Below are positions 27,936-38,286 of a stretch of DNA of 64,000 nucleotides, in pieces. Position numbers and translations under genes: made by a program. The stretch covers positions 21,767 to 85,766 of the forward strand of contig CALJTR010000011.1 of NCBI GenBank assembly GCA_937975975.1. Direction: 5' to 3'. The notes beneath the pieces were generated by a model. That model worked only from the letters and a program-made list of their open reading frames with translations, was not told the origin of the DNA and did not search any database. Numbering within the stretch: the stretch's first letter is position 1; the number at the start of each line of letters is the position of its first letter. The DNA is from an uncultured Candidatus Saccharibacteria bacterium (lineage in GTDB: Bacteria > Patescibacteriota > Saccharimonadia > Saccharimonadales > Saccharimonadaceae).

Positions 27936-28745
27936 CTATGCAAATTCAACACTCACCGGGCAGTGATCGCTGCCCATTTGTTTGGCGTGAATTGTTGGGT
28001 TTTGCACGCGCGGTGCAATTGCGACAGATGCCAGCCAGTAGTCAATCCGCCAGCCAACGTTACGCGCCCGGGCGTTCGCCCAATGCGTCCACCAAGTGTA
28101 AGCGTTCGCTTCGTGCGGGTGGGCGGCGCGGAAAACATCAATAAACCCAGCGTCAAGATACGTTTGAAAACCAGCGCGCTCTTCGTTGGTGAATCCATGT
28201 TTGCCGGCGTTTGATTTTGGGTTTGCAAGGTCAATGTCGGCGTGTGCTACATTCATATCGCCGCAGTATAAGATGGGTTTAGCCGCGCCATACTGCCCCG
28301 TCTCCAATTCTTGCAGATATGCGAGACACGCGGCGTCCCAGCGTTGGCGCAGGTTCAGCCGGCTTAAATCGCCTTTGGAATTTGGTGTATAGCACGTTAC
28401 GAGCCAGAAATCGTCAAATTCTGCGGCGATAATGCGCCCTTCATCGTTCGGATCACCGTAGCGGTCGCCTGTTAGCTGAAATCGCTGGACAATGCCGTTC
28501 GGAAAGCCGTCGCGGTAGCAGTGCGCTGGTGTTTTCGAGAAAACCGCTGTGCCTGAATAGCCTTTTTTTGTTGCCGAGTAGAAATGCTCAGTGTATTCAG
28601 GTAAATCAACTTCTACTTGGCTCGGCGATGCTTTCGTCTCTTGCAAGCAGACGATGTCGGGGTCGTACGTGCTAATGAACCGCGCGAACTCGCCTTTGTT
28701 GATGACGGCGCGGATACCGTTGACGTTCCAAGAGAAGAGTTTCAT
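27936..28745 (-). CDS. xth: Exodeoxyribonuclease III (Xth/APE family)
   Basis: 'MKLFSWNVNGIRA...DIVCLQETK' N-terminal EEP signature. C-terminal 'SDHCPV'. Length 269 aa. Confidence 0.85.
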   Translation of the reverse strand: MKLFSWNVNGIRAVINKGEFARFISTYDPDIVCLQETKASPSQVEVDLPEYTEHFYSATKKGYSGTAVFSKTPAHCYRDGFPNGIVQRFQLTGDRYGDPNDEGRIIAAEFDDFWLVTCYTPNSKGDLSRLNLRQRWDAACLAYLQELETGQYGAAKPILYCGDMNVAHADIDLANPKSNAGKHGFTNEERAGFQTYLDAGFIDVFRAAHPHEANAYTWWTHWANARARNVGWRIDYWLASVAIAPRVQNPTIHAKQMGSDHCPVSVEFA

Positions 28746-28848
28746 GGACCTAGTATAGCGTATGGGCAGGTTATTTATATAATCGTTTGCTGAGTATTTT
28801 TAATCAAGCGTACGGATTTCGCGCGAATCCATGTTATCATAGAATCTA

Positions 28849-29682
28849 ATGACCAATCCACTTCCCAAGCTGGTAACGTTCGACGGCGATGCGCGCAGCG
28901 GCAAAGGTACGATTGTGAGTTTGGTAAAAGATTACGTGCGCGATGAATTATTTCTGCCTGTTATGCTGATTGATGCAGGGCAAGTCTTTCGCGTGCTCGT
29001 AGTGATGATGCAGGAATACGGCGTAGATCTGGACGATCCGGCAGCAATTGATGCATTTCTTGCCGATAAGCGTAACGAAGACGCTTGCGTGCGCCGCGTG
29101 AAATTCGTGTATCATCTGCCGCGAGCAGACCGCGATGCGTTGCTCTACACGCCGGAAATCAGTGCGAACAGCGTAAAAATTGGTGCTCGTCCGCGCAGCC
29201 AAGCATTCAAAGATGCGTTGTTGCGCAAATGGCTGCGCGATGCGCGCGAAGAGGGCGTGGAGATTGTATTGCTAGACGGGCGTGCGCTCGGCGAAGTCGG
29301 CGAAGAGCTTGCCCGTGCTGGATTATGCGAGCATGTGCTTGATTTGTTTTTCGTGTGCGATCCGGTAGTAAGCGCCCAACGTACCCTTGGTATGATGCCG
29401 CGTCCGTACGCCGAGTTAAATGCTGATGACCGCGCTCGTGTTGACGATCAGGCGGCGCAAATCGCCGCTCGCAACCGCGCCGATCGTACGCGCTCAGTAC
29501 AGCCGGTCGTGCCGCCTGCTGGCGCACTCACCTACCCTGTGGGCGAGCTGCCAACGGTGCTCCCGCCGCGCGATCCTTGTCCTGCTGCTATTATTGATCG
29601 CAGCATAGAATTACCGCGCGAAACTATGGCGCTGCCGGTTATTAGGTTAGTGGAGACATACTGCCTGCCGCCTGCGTCCTGA
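28849..29682 (+). CDS. cmk: Cytidylate kinase-like protein with a C-terminal extension
   Basis: P-loop 'VTFDGDARSGKGT', 'IDAGQVFRVL' and 'LLDGRALGEV' parallel Cmk motifs ('ITIDGPSGAGKGT', 'DSGAIYR', 'ADGRDMGTVV'). Confidence 0.55.
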   Translation: MTNPLPKLVTFDGDARSGKGTIVSLVKDYVRDELFLPVMLIDAGQVFRVLVVMMQEYGVDLDDPAAIDAFLADKRNEDACVRRVKFVYHLPRADRDALLYTPEISANSVKIGARPRSQAFKDALLRKWLRDAREEGVEIVLLDGRALGEVGEELARAGLCEHVLDLFFVCDPVVSAQRTLGMMPRPYAELNADDRARVDDQAAQIAARNRADRTRSVQPVVPPAGALTYPVGELPTVLPPRDPCPAAIIDRSIELPRETMALPVIRLVETYCLPPAS

Positions 29683-29787
29683 TTCGAATAAAGATATGAA
29701 GTAGTTGAGCACTCTGTTTGGCTAACGTGTTCTCTTTCTGTACGCTTGTTTCTAAGCACTATATGCTCTGACGGCGAGCTAGGATCG

Positions 29788-31035
29788 CTAAAAGTTTCTC
29801 TTCTTACTTGAGAGCAGCTGTTGATATAGTTTGGTATACGCGCGCGCGGTTGCTTCGGGCGATAGCTCGCGGAAGACGGACTTCGTGCCAATGCTTAGGC
29901 AGTGGCGGGTTGATTTATCGGCTAATTGGCGCATACCGGCGGCGAGCGCCTTGCAAGACGGCTCAACGAGCAGGCTGTTGTTTGGGTGCAGTCCGACGTC
30001 GAGTCGGTCGTCGCAGTACAATACGGGCAACCCGGCGGCGAGCGCTTCGGTGATGACGATGGGCTGGTTGTCGAAGCGGTATGACGCGAGAATGAATATA
30101 TCGGCATCGCGCAGATGCTGTACGATCTCTTGCTGGCTGCCAACGTGCCCGGTGAACGTAATGCGCGTATCGCCCCGGGCGTGGGCGCGCAGAGCGGCAA
30201 GCTCTGCGCCGTCCCCGATAATGACGAGTTCGCTGTCTGGAATATCTGCTTGGCGAAATGCGTCGATAACGACCGCGAGGCGTTTTTCCTTGACGATGCG
30301 GCTGACGCTTACGAATCGTAATGCATGTGATGTCCGCTTGCGCCTTGTATTTGCGATAATCGCCTCAAACGAGCGGCTATAGCCGGTAGGAATGCTAGCA
30401 TTTGGAATATGCATACTAGCACCGGCAGCCTGAATGTAGCGCAGCATGTAGCGTGATGGCGTAGTGATGGCGTCAACACTCGTCGCCATGAGTGCTTGCG
30501 ATCGCCAGTCAAACAACCCGAGCGGCGACTCTTCGCACAATACGGTATGGTCAATTGCAACCAGGGCTTGTGTGCTGCCGCGAATGCGTCGTAGTTTGTA
30601 TGCGCCTAGCCGGTAGCCAATGCTGCCGAGAAACGCGATAATTGGCGCTGTACTATGTGCGCCCGCCATGTTGGTATGAAAGGTATGCACGTGCGGAATG
30701 TGTTGTATGCGTGCAATATGCGCCGCTAGCTGCACGGCACCAGTGTCGGTTTGGCTATGAATGATATCAAATTTGTGCTCGCGTGAAATTTGCTTAGCGA
30801 GCGCACGAGTACTGACAATAATTCGCGTGTGCTTTGGCAGCCCCGGGAAGCGATATGACGGCAGGCGAATCGTTTCAGCGTTTGCGGGTGGCACTAGCTG
30901 TACGGCAGGCGCGAGCAGCGTGACGCGGTGCCCTAAACGCACCAGCTCTTCAATTTGCATTTGTACGGAACGACTAACGCCGCTGGAATCAGGAAACATG
31001 TCTTCAAGCACGAGCGCAATATGAAGCGTTTGCAT
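29788..31035 (-). CDS. Glycosyltransferase family 4 (probable start MQTLHIALV at 31035; the ORF extends to 31119)
   Basis: GT-B fold signatures: N-terminal 'LEDMFPDSSGVSRSV' and a C-terminal 'E...E' region 'IVKEKRLAVVIDAF...LVIIGDG...FILASYRFDNQPIVITEALAAGLPVL'. Confidence 0.7.
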   Translation of the reverse strand: MQTLHIALVLEDMFPDSSGVSRSVQMQIEELVRLGHRVTLLAPAVQLVPPANAETIRLPSYRFPGLPKHTRIIVSTRALAKQISREHKFDIIHSQTDTGAVQLAAHIARIQHIPHVHTFHTNMAGAHSTAPIIAFLGSIGYRLGAYKLRRIRGSTQALVAIDHTVLCEESPLGLFDWRSQALMATSVDAITTPSRYMLRYIQAAGASMHIPNASIPTGYSRSFEAIIANTRRKRTSHALRFVSVSRIVKEKRLAVVIDAFRQADIPDSELVIIGDGAELAALRAHARGDTRITFTGHVGSQQEIVQHLRDADIFILASYRFDNQPIVITEALAAGLPVLYCDDRLDVGLHPNNSLLVEPSCKALAAGMRQLADKSTRHCLSIGTKSVFRELSPEATARAYTKLYQQLLSSKKRNF

Positions 31036-31094
31036 ACTTGCATTATACAATATGCAGTAGCTTTTTTGCCGCATGCGCTCTATAATACGATGGC

Positions 31095-31961
31095 ATGAAA
31101 CGATCAACACGACCGCCAAGCTTGAGGCAGATCGCTAAGACGCTCGGCTGCGAGGAGCGCCAGCGAAACGGAATCTGCTGGTTGGAGTGCAACACGAGTG
31201 CCAGCAAAGTTGCGGTTGTAGTCCACGGCGTGACGGGTGGTAAAATTGACATGATGCCGCTTGCTAGGCAATATGTGCGTGCCGGTTATGCTGTGTATGC
31301 CGTTGATTTGCCGGGACATGGCGGCTCGGAGCTGCCGGAATTGCGGTCGTACGACGATTTAGCGGCGTGGTTGGCGCGCGTGATTGATGCGATTGGGCGG
31401 ACGCCGGATTTGCTGAGTAGTAATTCATATGGTTCGTCTGTCGTGTATCGTTATATGGTTAACGGTTTGTTGCCGCAAAAAACGCGTGTTGTGCTTGCTT
31501 GCCCGACGCCTCATACGTCGCAGGTTTCAAATGCATTGCAGGTTGTTTCGACACACATGCCAAAAAAAGCGTTTTGGGCCGTGTACAATATCTACCTTGG
31601 ACAATTGATTCGCGGTGCGGTCGGTATGAATACGTATGATCGCGACACGTGGTCGTGGTTTCTTGAGTCTGAAAAATACAAAAAAGCAACAACGACACTG
31701 CGGACATCGACTATATTATCAACGCTACTTTATAACGATAACCCATTTACGGCGTCCCCTTCCCTAGAAGTTCAGCGGCGCGTTACGGTCGTGATGGGGG
31801 CAAGAGATAGGGTTGTCTCCGAGAAGGCGCGCAATGCGATGCGCCAGCTTTTACCTGAGGCGAAGATCCGTATCGTACCAAGTGCCGGTCATATTCTGCA
31901 CTTTGAAGCTTGGCGCGATTTGCTGCCTGACGAGCCGGGTGCGCGCAATATGATATACTAA
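31095..31961 (+). CDS. Alpha/beta-fold hydrolase
   Basis: 'VVVHGVTGGKIDMMPL', 'VDLPGHGGS' and a nucleophile elbow-like 'SNSYGSSV'. Confidence 0.5.
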   Translation: MKRSTRPPSLRQIAKTLGCEERQRNGICWLECNTSASKVAVVVHGVTGGKIDMMPLARQYVRAGYAVYAVDLPGHGGSELPELRSYDDLAAWLARVIDAIGRTPDLLSSNSYGSSVVYRYMVNGLLPQKTRVVLACPTPHTSQVSNALQVVSTHMPKKAFWAVYNIYLGQLIRGAVGMNTYDRDTWSWFLESEKYKKATTTLRTSTILSTLLYNDNPFTASPSLEVQRRVTVVMGARDRVVSEKARNAMRQLLPEAKIRIVPSAGHILHFEAWRDLLPDEPGARNMIY

Positions 31962-31970
31962 GGGGTAGTT

Positions 31971-33230
31971 ATGAGAATTGGACTGTTTATCGACGATTAC
32001 TTACCGTCGGTGCACGGCGTGGCAACGTCGACAGCAACATACAAGCAAGCGCTGGAGAATTTAGGGCACGAGGTGTTTGTTGTTGCGCCGAAAGTCGAAG
32101 ATTACGACGATTACGACGACCACGTAATTCGTATGCCATCGTCGAAGAATTATGTGTTTGAAAAGCGCGAGGTGGCGTATATTTACCCGGGGCTTGCAAA
32201 GCGCCTCGACGAATACGACTTTGATATTGTACATAGCCAGACGCAATTTTATTTAGGCGTGTTAGCGCACAGCGTTGCAAAGCGCCAGAATATCCCGCAT
32301 GTCACGACGATCCACACGCTCTACACCGAGCTCATCGACGACTATCCGTTTATGGTGACGGCGGGGCTGATCGCGGCAACGGTAGCGTTTCCTGTGGTGC
32401 TGAGAACGAAGCCGATTATGCCAAAAATGTCGCGCGAGCAGATCCGCGAACTTGACCGCAGTAGAATCAAAGATATGCTGTCGCGTCAAGGTTGGCGGTT
32501 GACGGCAGCGTTTGCGAATAAGTGCGACGCATGTTTATCGCCGTCGAAACATTTAGCGAAGATTCTGGTTGATGAAGGCGGCTTGACGACGCCGTATTAT
32601 ATTTTTCCGAACAGTATTGATACAAAAAAATATCGCCATGCGCGTGCTATAGACTCGCCAATTGCAAAAAAGCGCGGTGAAAAATTTATCATTTGCGTGG
32701 CGCGGCTCAGCCCCGAGAAACGGCAAATGGCGCTTGTCGAGGCGATGCCGCACATTGCCGATGAGACAATCAAGCTCGTGTTCGTCGGCGGCGGCCCGTA
32801 CGAACGCGAACTGCGTGATCGCGTGGCGGAATTAGGGTTAGAAGACCGCGTGATATTTACCGGAATGTGTTCAAGCGCGCAGGTAGCGTCGTTGCTGAAA
32901 CAGGCGGATGTGTTCGCGCTTGCGTCGTATCATTTCGATAATCAGCCGATGACGTTTCTGGAAGCAGCCGCAGCAGGTTTGCCGATTGTGTACTGCGACG
33001 AGCGCTTGACTGAGGCGCTTACGCCGAAGAACTCAATTTTGACCGGCGGTATTGAGGGCGAAGATTTTGCGCGCGTCTTGACTGATATACTCAGCGACCG
33101 CGAGAAACTTAAGCGCTTATCGGCAGGCGCATTGCGCGTCGCGAAAGCGTTCGACTCAGAAACGATGGCGAAAAAGCTTGTTGAATTGTATCAGCGCCTG
33201 ATTGACGCGCGGCGGGAACTTGAGCAATAG
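31971..33230 (+). CDS. Glycosyltransferase family 4
   Basis: 'MRIGLFIDDYLPSVHGVATSTATYKQALENLGHEVFVV' plus 'VARLSPEKRQMALVEAM...LVFVGGGPYE...FALASYHFDNQPMTFLEAAAAGLPIV'. Confidence 0.75.
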   Translation: MRIGLFIDDYLPSVHGVATSTATYKQALENLGHEVFVVAPKVEDYDDYDDHVIRMPSSKNYVFEKREVAYIYPGLAKRLDEYDFDIVHSQTQFYLGVLAHSVAKRQNIPHVTTIHTLYTELIDDYPFMVTAGLIAATVAFPVVLRTKPIMPKMSREQIRELDRSRIKDMLSRQGWRLTAAFANKCDACLSPSKHLAKILVDEGGLTTPYYIFPNSIDTKKYRHARAIDSPIAKKRGEKFIICVARLSPEKRQMALVEAMPHIADETIKLVFVGGGPYERELRDRVAELGLEDRVIFTGMCSSAQVASLLKQADVFALASYHFDNQPMTFLEAAAAGLPIVYCDERLTEALTPKNSILTGGIEGEDFARVLTDILSDREKLKRLSAGALRVAKAFDSETMAKKLVELYQRLIDARRELEQ

Positions 33231-33335
33231 CTTGAATGCCGTAGCATTTGAAGCGTTTGAGCGTATTTTGCTGTTTGCTACGCTTTTGTCGTGCGAATAT
33301 GGCGTTTAGCTAAAGTGTGATTTATCGGCGTATTC

Positions 33336-33815
33336 TTAGCGCATCAGCCGTTTTGCCTCGCGGTCTTGGTCGCGGCGTTTGATCGTTTCGCGTTTATCGT
33401 AGCGCTTTTTGCCTTTACCGAGCGCGATGACGAGCTTAATAAACCTCCCCTGCGTCAGCAATTTTGTCGGTACGATCGTCATACCCTGCGTGCGGCTCGC
33501 GGCGAGCTGGTCGATTTGTTTGCGGTTTGCAAGCAGCTTGCGCGGGCTCGTGTCAACTGTGCGCGCTTCAGGCTTGCCGCGCTCGTTATGACGCAGGCTA
33601 AAACTAGCGTTATTCAGCCATAATTCCCCATTCTTTACTGTAACAAATGCGCCTTTTAGCTGGACGTGCCCGTTGCGGGCGGCGCGTACCTCCAGGCCGG
33701 TGAGCGCTAGCCCTGCTACAATTTCGTCGTCCAGCGTATAATCAAACCGCGCCCGGCGGTTAATGATCGCGGACGAACTAGCGTGTTTTTTGCTGTGCGG
33801 GCGCTTCTTGCTCAT
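33336..33815 (-). CDS. smpB: SsrA-binding protein SmpB
   Basis: 'IINRRARFDYTLDDEIVAGLALTGLEV...KLLANRKQIDQL...GMTIVPTKLLTQGRFIKLVIALGKGKK'. Size and basic tail are typical. Confidence 0.85.
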   Translation of the reverse strand: MSKKRPHSKKHASSSAIINRRARFDYTLDDEIVAGLALTGLEVRAARNGHVQLKGAFVTVKNGELWLNNASFSLRHNERGKPEARTVDTSPRKLLANRKQIDQLAASRTQGMTIVPTKLLTQGRFIKLVIALGKGKKRYDKRETIKRRDQDREAKRLMR

Positions 33816-33910
33816 ACTACATCATTATACCATTGCAGTATAATGATATTACACACTACATATAGTGGATAACGATGTATTTTACACATTATATATAGCG
33901 TCATAATGAC

Positions 33911-35104
33911 ATGTGCGTTATACTAGAACTCATGAATTATGAGGGTAGCCAGGCGCCGCGAGTGTCTAAATGTAGTGCTGAATTTAACGAATGCGATATG
34001 TCGCAGCTGCCGTTTCGCGTCAATGAGCTGCCGCAGATTCGCACAACGTACGATCCGGCGGCGCTACAAGAGCTAGCAGTCTCGCTTGATGGCGGCGCTG
34101 AACCGCCGCACTTGCGCCAGGTTAATCCGATTCAAGTTAACGAATTTGATGATGTAGGTAAATTACAGGCATACTTAGATGAATATCGCGTATTTTATAA
34201 CAGTGATGGACATACGGTGGCGATTCCGGATAGCAGTGAACTTGAGCGCCGCCCCGACGGTACGTGGCGGATTTTGATCGCTGGGCATCGCCGCTGCCGT
34301 GCTATGCGTATAGTCGCCGATAAATATGGGTATGCGCTTCGCGAGAGCGATGTGCGCATTGACGTGTATCATAATCTGCCATTTGCCGACGCGGTGAGTT
34401 TGCAGGGGCGCGAAAACGAGCATTGTGAAGTTGATCCAGCTGAAGCAGCGAATGATATTGCACGGCATTATTATTACTTTCAGCATAAGCACGACGGACG
34501 TATACCAACGCAAAAAGAATTAGTATTGCTAACTGGCTACTCTGCCGACCGCGTGAGCAAAGCGTTGCGTTATCATTCTCTGCCCAGTGAGTTGAAAGAT
34601 TATTATACGAGCGGACAATTGCCGTTTAATATTGTGGCGCGGTTACGTTCGCTGTACGATGCTGAATATTCGTATCGCACGCAGAAGTATCCGCGGCAAG
34701 CTGTCGAATGCTCTGATGAATTGTCGCGCGACGCATTGCACCAAACCGCAGGCTTTGCGAATGAGTTGGCGGCGCTTAAATCGAAAGGTTTCGGCGCTGA
34801 TATGCTGCGTGAAAAGTTAAGTGCTAAGATGAAATCACTTGAAGTCGTGCAAGATGAACTATTTATGCTAGAGGAAACACCGGTTGAATACCGCACGCGT
34901 ACGCGTCGCCGTCATGTTGATGTAATGGCGCAGCAACTTGGTGCGGAGATTGATACACCGCCTGAAACATGGTCGCCTGCGTTGCGGAAATTTATCGCGA
35001 AAGCTGCCGTCCGTGCAGCAGAGATTGACCAGGCGGTAATTCAGCGCGCCGAAGATGATGCCCGCGTTGCTGCAGGTAGTATGGCGCAAGTAATGTTTGC
35101 ATAA
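33911..35104 (+). CDS. ParB/Srx-fold (ParB N-terminal nuclease-like) domain protein, orphan; true start probably internal (MNYEGS... or MSQLPF...)
   Basis: 'WRILIAGHRRCRAMRIV' matches the ParB box II (LIAGERRWRA). Long helical C-terminal region. No parA nearby. Confidence 0.5.
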   Translation: MCVILELMNYEGSQAPRVSKCSAEFNECDMSQLPFRVNELPQIRTTYDPAALQELAVSLDGGAEPPHLRQVNPIQVNEFDDVGKLQAYLDEYRVFYNSDGHTVAIPDSSELERRPDGTWRILIAGHRRCRAMRIVADKYGYALRESDVRIDVYHNLPFADAVSLQGRENEHCEVDPAEAANDIARHYYYFQHKHDGRIPTQKELVLLTGYSADRVSKALRYHSLPSELKDYYTSGQLPFNIVARLRSLYDAEYSYRTQKYPRQAVECSDELSRDALHQTAGFANELAALKSKGFGADMLREKLSAKMKSLEVVQDELFMLEETPVEYRTRTRRRHVDVMAQQLGAEIDTPPETWSPALRKFIAKAAVRAAEIDQAVIQRAEDDARVAAGSMAQVMFA

Positions 35105-35130
35105 GAGTACGTTAGGGTACAAAAAGAAAA

Positions 35131-35177
35131 GCCGCCCCAGACAGGAGCACGAACGGACAACGTATGTCCGGGGCGGC
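35131..35177 (-). terminator. Hairpin terminator for the 35209-35598 gene
   Basis: gccgccccagaca ... tgtccggggcggc inverted repeat. On the minus strand it is followed by a T-rich run (+ strand aaaaagaaaa). Confidence 0.5.
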
Positions 35178-35208
35178 TCAACTGTGGGGCGCTGCAGGGG
35201 CGCACACG

Positions 35209-35598
35209 CTAGTCGCTCTTTGAGGAGAGGACGTTGGCTATGATGATAGCGTAGCGCCGCGCCAGCGTAAAGCTGGCGACGCTAGCGATAGCGAGACTCA
35301 TGGTGCCGATGGCGCCACTCACGGTGCGGCGGGTTGCGGTGACCTGCCGATTAGTGAGCCCAAACGCAAGGGCTCGGTCGGATACGAGCTCAATGAGCCC
35401 CATGAGTCCGACGACACCAAACAACACTGCACCCGCAGACAACTCGGCATCTGTCAGTGTGAGTCCCACCACCGGCGTGCCGGCGAACTCGTATGTCTCC
35501 GAGCGCCGGAACGGCGCGCGATAGCGAACATCTGTCGCATTGAGCTTCTCGCCTTTCGGCGAGAAGCTGCTCGGTTCGGCGATAGTTGGCTGAGTCAT
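35209..35598 (-). CDS. hypothetical protein (129 aa)
   Basis: ORF with coherent codon usage. Ala/Gly/Leu-rich with a hydrophobic core segment. Confidence 0.4.
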   Translation of the reverse strand: MTQPTIAEPSSFSPKGEKLNATDVRYRAPFRRSETYEFAGTPVVGLTLTDAELSAGAVLFGVVGLMGLIELVSDRALAFGLTNRQVTATRRTVSGAIGTMSLAIASVASFTLARRYAIIIANVLSSKSD

Positions 35599-35778
35599 GA
35601 CCCACCCTCTCTCTACACGAGACTCCGAGAATTATGCGCGGCTGCGCGTGGAGTCTATGCACGATTATGTCAAGTTTATGTGTATAAGTCAAGAGATGTC
35701 TTGTAACTCAGGGATTTTCACATATTAAAAAATAAAGTATACCTAAAATCAACACTGAGCCGTGATATACTATTCCGT

Positions 35779-37437
35779 ATGATTGCTGACGTCCATATTA
35801 CTGAGAAATCGTTTGGTCCTACGGTGTTGATGGCCGGAGTGAAGTTTGGCGTGGACGACGGCGAGAAAGTCGGGCTCATCGGGCGCAATGGCGCAGGAAA
35901 AACGACGCTATTTGGTATATTGACAGGCACGGATAAAGATTTCACTGGTAGCATAATTTTTCGCCGCGGCAGCGTGGTTGTGGCAACGGCGCAGGAACAT
36001 CACGGTGTCGGCGATATAACAGTGCTGGAGTACATCTTGAGCGGGCTGCCGGAGTACGCGCGATTGCGGCATATTCTGCATACTTATCCTGAGACGATGG
36101 GTAATGACATGGCGAAGATCGAAGAATATACGCAGGCGCTTGATCGGTTTGGGCAAAAAGGATTCTATCAAATTGAGGAGCTTGTGACCGAAGAGTTGAG
36201 GAATTTTCAGATGGACGGCGCGGCGGAACGTCCCCTCGCCTCGCTGAGCGGCGGGCAGAAGCGGCTGGTCGAGGTGGTGAAAATTATGCACGCGCAGGCG
36301 GATTTAGCACTGATAGACGAGCCGACGAACCACATGGATTACGTGGCGAAGAAGCAGTTTATTGATTGGATGAAAACATCAAAACAAGCGATGCTGGTTA
36401 TTACGCATGACCGCGATGTACTGAAAGAAGTTGACCGAATTATTGAGCTGAAGGATGGTGCGACGGTAAGCTTTGAAGGAAACTATGACGCGTATTTGAA
36501 ACATAATGCGTTCGCGACGGGCAACGCGATGAATGAATATGAGACGGTGGCGCGGCGGATTGCGAATCTAAAAGATAAGGTACTGCAGTTTCGGCGCATG
36601 AAAGAGCGGGCGCGCGACCCCGATACGATTAAACAATTCAAGCGGCGCGAAAATCAAGCGGCGGCAGAGCTGGCGGAGTTAGAAAAAATCGAAATGCCAA
36701 CCTTTTGGATTGACCGTGAGCATGTAGCGCAGTTGGATTACAAGGTTGCGGATCGTTACCAAAAATTCAAGGCGCGTAACATTCATTTGCGTATGAAGGA
36801 TGGTGCGATGCGCTCGCGGCGCAAACTCGTTGAGGCGCGCGATGTGGCGCTTGGATATGGTGATACGCTGCTGTTTGAGGGCGTGAATATTGATCTGCGC
36901 GAAGGCGAAGCGGTAGAGCTGCGTGGGCGCAACGGCGCGGGTAAGACGACGTTGATTCGGGCACTGCTAGCGGGTTCTACTCAGGATTCAAAAGCAGCTC
37001 CCGTACTTTACGGCGGTACGCTTGCCCTTGACCCGCATGTGCGCGTGGGTGTATATGAGCAGGAAATCGCGTCGACGTATCTGAATATGCCGTTACACGA
37101 TGCGATTGAGCAAATGTATATTGACCGCAAGCTGGCGATTGGCGAGACGAAAATCCGCCAGCTAATGGGTGATTATTTGTTTACTGATGCTGATGGCGCG
37201 ACGCCGCTTATTCGGTTGAGCGGCGGGCAGAAGGCGCGGTTTCAGATTATTAGCATGCTGGCAAATGATCCGCAGTTGCTAATTCTAGATGAACCAACGA
37301 ATCATTTGGATTTGCCGAGTATTGAAGAACTAGAGACGGCGCTTGAGCGCTACGCGGGTGCAATACTTTACGTTAGCCACGACGATTATTTTCGCCGGAA
37401 GATCGGCGGCGCGGTTGTACAGATTGGCGCAGTGTAG
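35779..37437 (+). CDS. ABC-F family ATPase (two tandem ABC domains, no TMD)
   Basis: Two Walker A motifs ('GRNGAGKTTL' appears twice). Two signature motifs ('LSGGQKRLVEV' and 'LSGGQKARFQI'). The inter-domain linker is typical of ABC-F translation factors. Confidence 0.8.
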   Translation: MIADVHITEKSFGPTVLMAGVKFGVDDGEKVGLIGRNGAGKTTLFGILTGTDKDFTGSIIFRRGSVVVATAQEHHGVGDITVLEYILSGLPEYARLRHILHTYPETMGNDMAKIEEYTQALDRFGQKGFYQIEELVTEELRNFQMDGAAERPLASLSGGQKRLVEVVKIMHAQADLALIDEPTNHMDYVAKKQFIDWMKTSKQAMLVITHDRDVLKEVDRIIELKDGATVSFEGNYDAYLKHNAFATGNAMNEYETVARRIANLKDKVLQFRRMKERARDPDTIKQFKRRENQAAAELAELEKIEMPTFWIDREHVAQLDYKVADRYQKFKARNIHLRMKDGAMRSRRKLVEARDVALGYGDTLLFEGVNIDLREGEAVELRGRNGAGKTTLIRALLAGSTQDSKAAPVLYGGTLALDPHVRVGVYEQEIASTYLNMPLHDAIEQMYIDRKLAIGETKIRQLMGDYLFTDADGATPLIRLSGGQKARFQIISMLANDPQLLILDEPTNHLDLPSIEELETALERYAGAILYVSHDDYFRRKIGGAVVQIGAV

Positions 37438-37632
37438 ACTGATAGTTCCCCTGTCTTCTTAATCCTATAACTGGCGGCGATTGAGTCGCATACTGTTTTA
37501 TCATGAGTAGCATAAGAAAATAGCCCCCGAAACGGCTCAAGCTGAACTTTCGGACAAAAGCCCGAGAATGCTTAACGAGAAAGCATTTAATCAGGCTTGA
37601 TGCCGAATCGGCGAGCTATTTTCAGAGGCGAG

Positions 37633-37851
37633 TTAGTCGCTAGCAGCGAAGCGCAGCAACCCTGCTACGGTCATAATAAGAAAAACGACCAAACAAGACT
37701 GGAAGAAAGATACTGCTGGTACCCCATCCAGCCCGGACGCGTGAAGCGCGCCCAAGAGGATCATAATGATCCATGCCGGAATGGCGATAACAATTGCCAT
37801 ACAGGCAACAAATGCAATAATGAACAAAACAACAATGAGAGCAGTCTCCAT
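37633..37851 (-). CDS. Small membrane protein (72 aa, 2 TM)
   Basis: SD 'GGAGAGG' 8 nt upstream of the ATG. Highly hydrophobic sequence. The opposing + ORF is low-complexity and likely spurious. Confidence 0.45.
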   Translation of the reverse strand: METALIVVLFIIAFVACMAIVIAIPAWIIMILLGALHASGLDGVPAVSFFQSCLVVFLIMTVAGLLRFAASD

Positions 37852-37946
37852 TGCCTTATCCTCTCCAAAGAACGACCTCTCCGCGCGGGATTGCGCGAAA
37901 AGCTATTCTATATATATCATGTATGGTGTGATTGGTCAAGCGAAAG

Positions 37947-38216
37947 CTAAGCGAGCAGTCCTTTGCCGCGCAGCGCTGCATCAATTTTAGCGCGGTCAAA
38001 GCCGCGGACGATAACGCCGGCAATGTCGGTAACGGGGACGCTGCTGGCACCCCCGCCAACTTTGGCGAGCAGCTCGTCCATTGCGCCCTCGTCGGTTTCA
38101 ATATCGCGTACGGTAAACGGCACGCCGAGGTGCTCTAAATATTGTTTCTCGGTTTTGCAAAATGCGCACCAGGCGGCGCTGTAAACGATGACGTGTGATT
38201 GTGCAGCTTTTGACAT
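37947..38216 (-). CDS. Glutaredoxin-like protein (CxxC thioredoxin fold)
   Basis: 'VIVYSAAWCAFCKTEKQYL' is a CxxC active site in glutaredoxin/NrdH-like context. 89 aa. TATAAT about 23 nt upstream. Confidence 0.65.
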   Translation of the reverse strand: MSKAAQSHVIVYSAAWCAFCKTEKQYLEHLGVPFTVRDIETDEGAMDELLAKVGGGASSVPVTDIAGVIVRGFDRAKIDAALRGKGLLA

Positions 38217-38286
38217 TATGACCCCTTTTCGTTAATCATAATCATTATACACACAATATATAGCGTACGCAATAGGCTATCAAGCG

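Noticed and set aside
37597-37950. 117-aa plus-strand ORF (Asn/Cys-rich)
   Set aside because: Low-complexity composition and no SD. The opposite-strand 72-aa membrane ORF with a good SD is the more credible gene.
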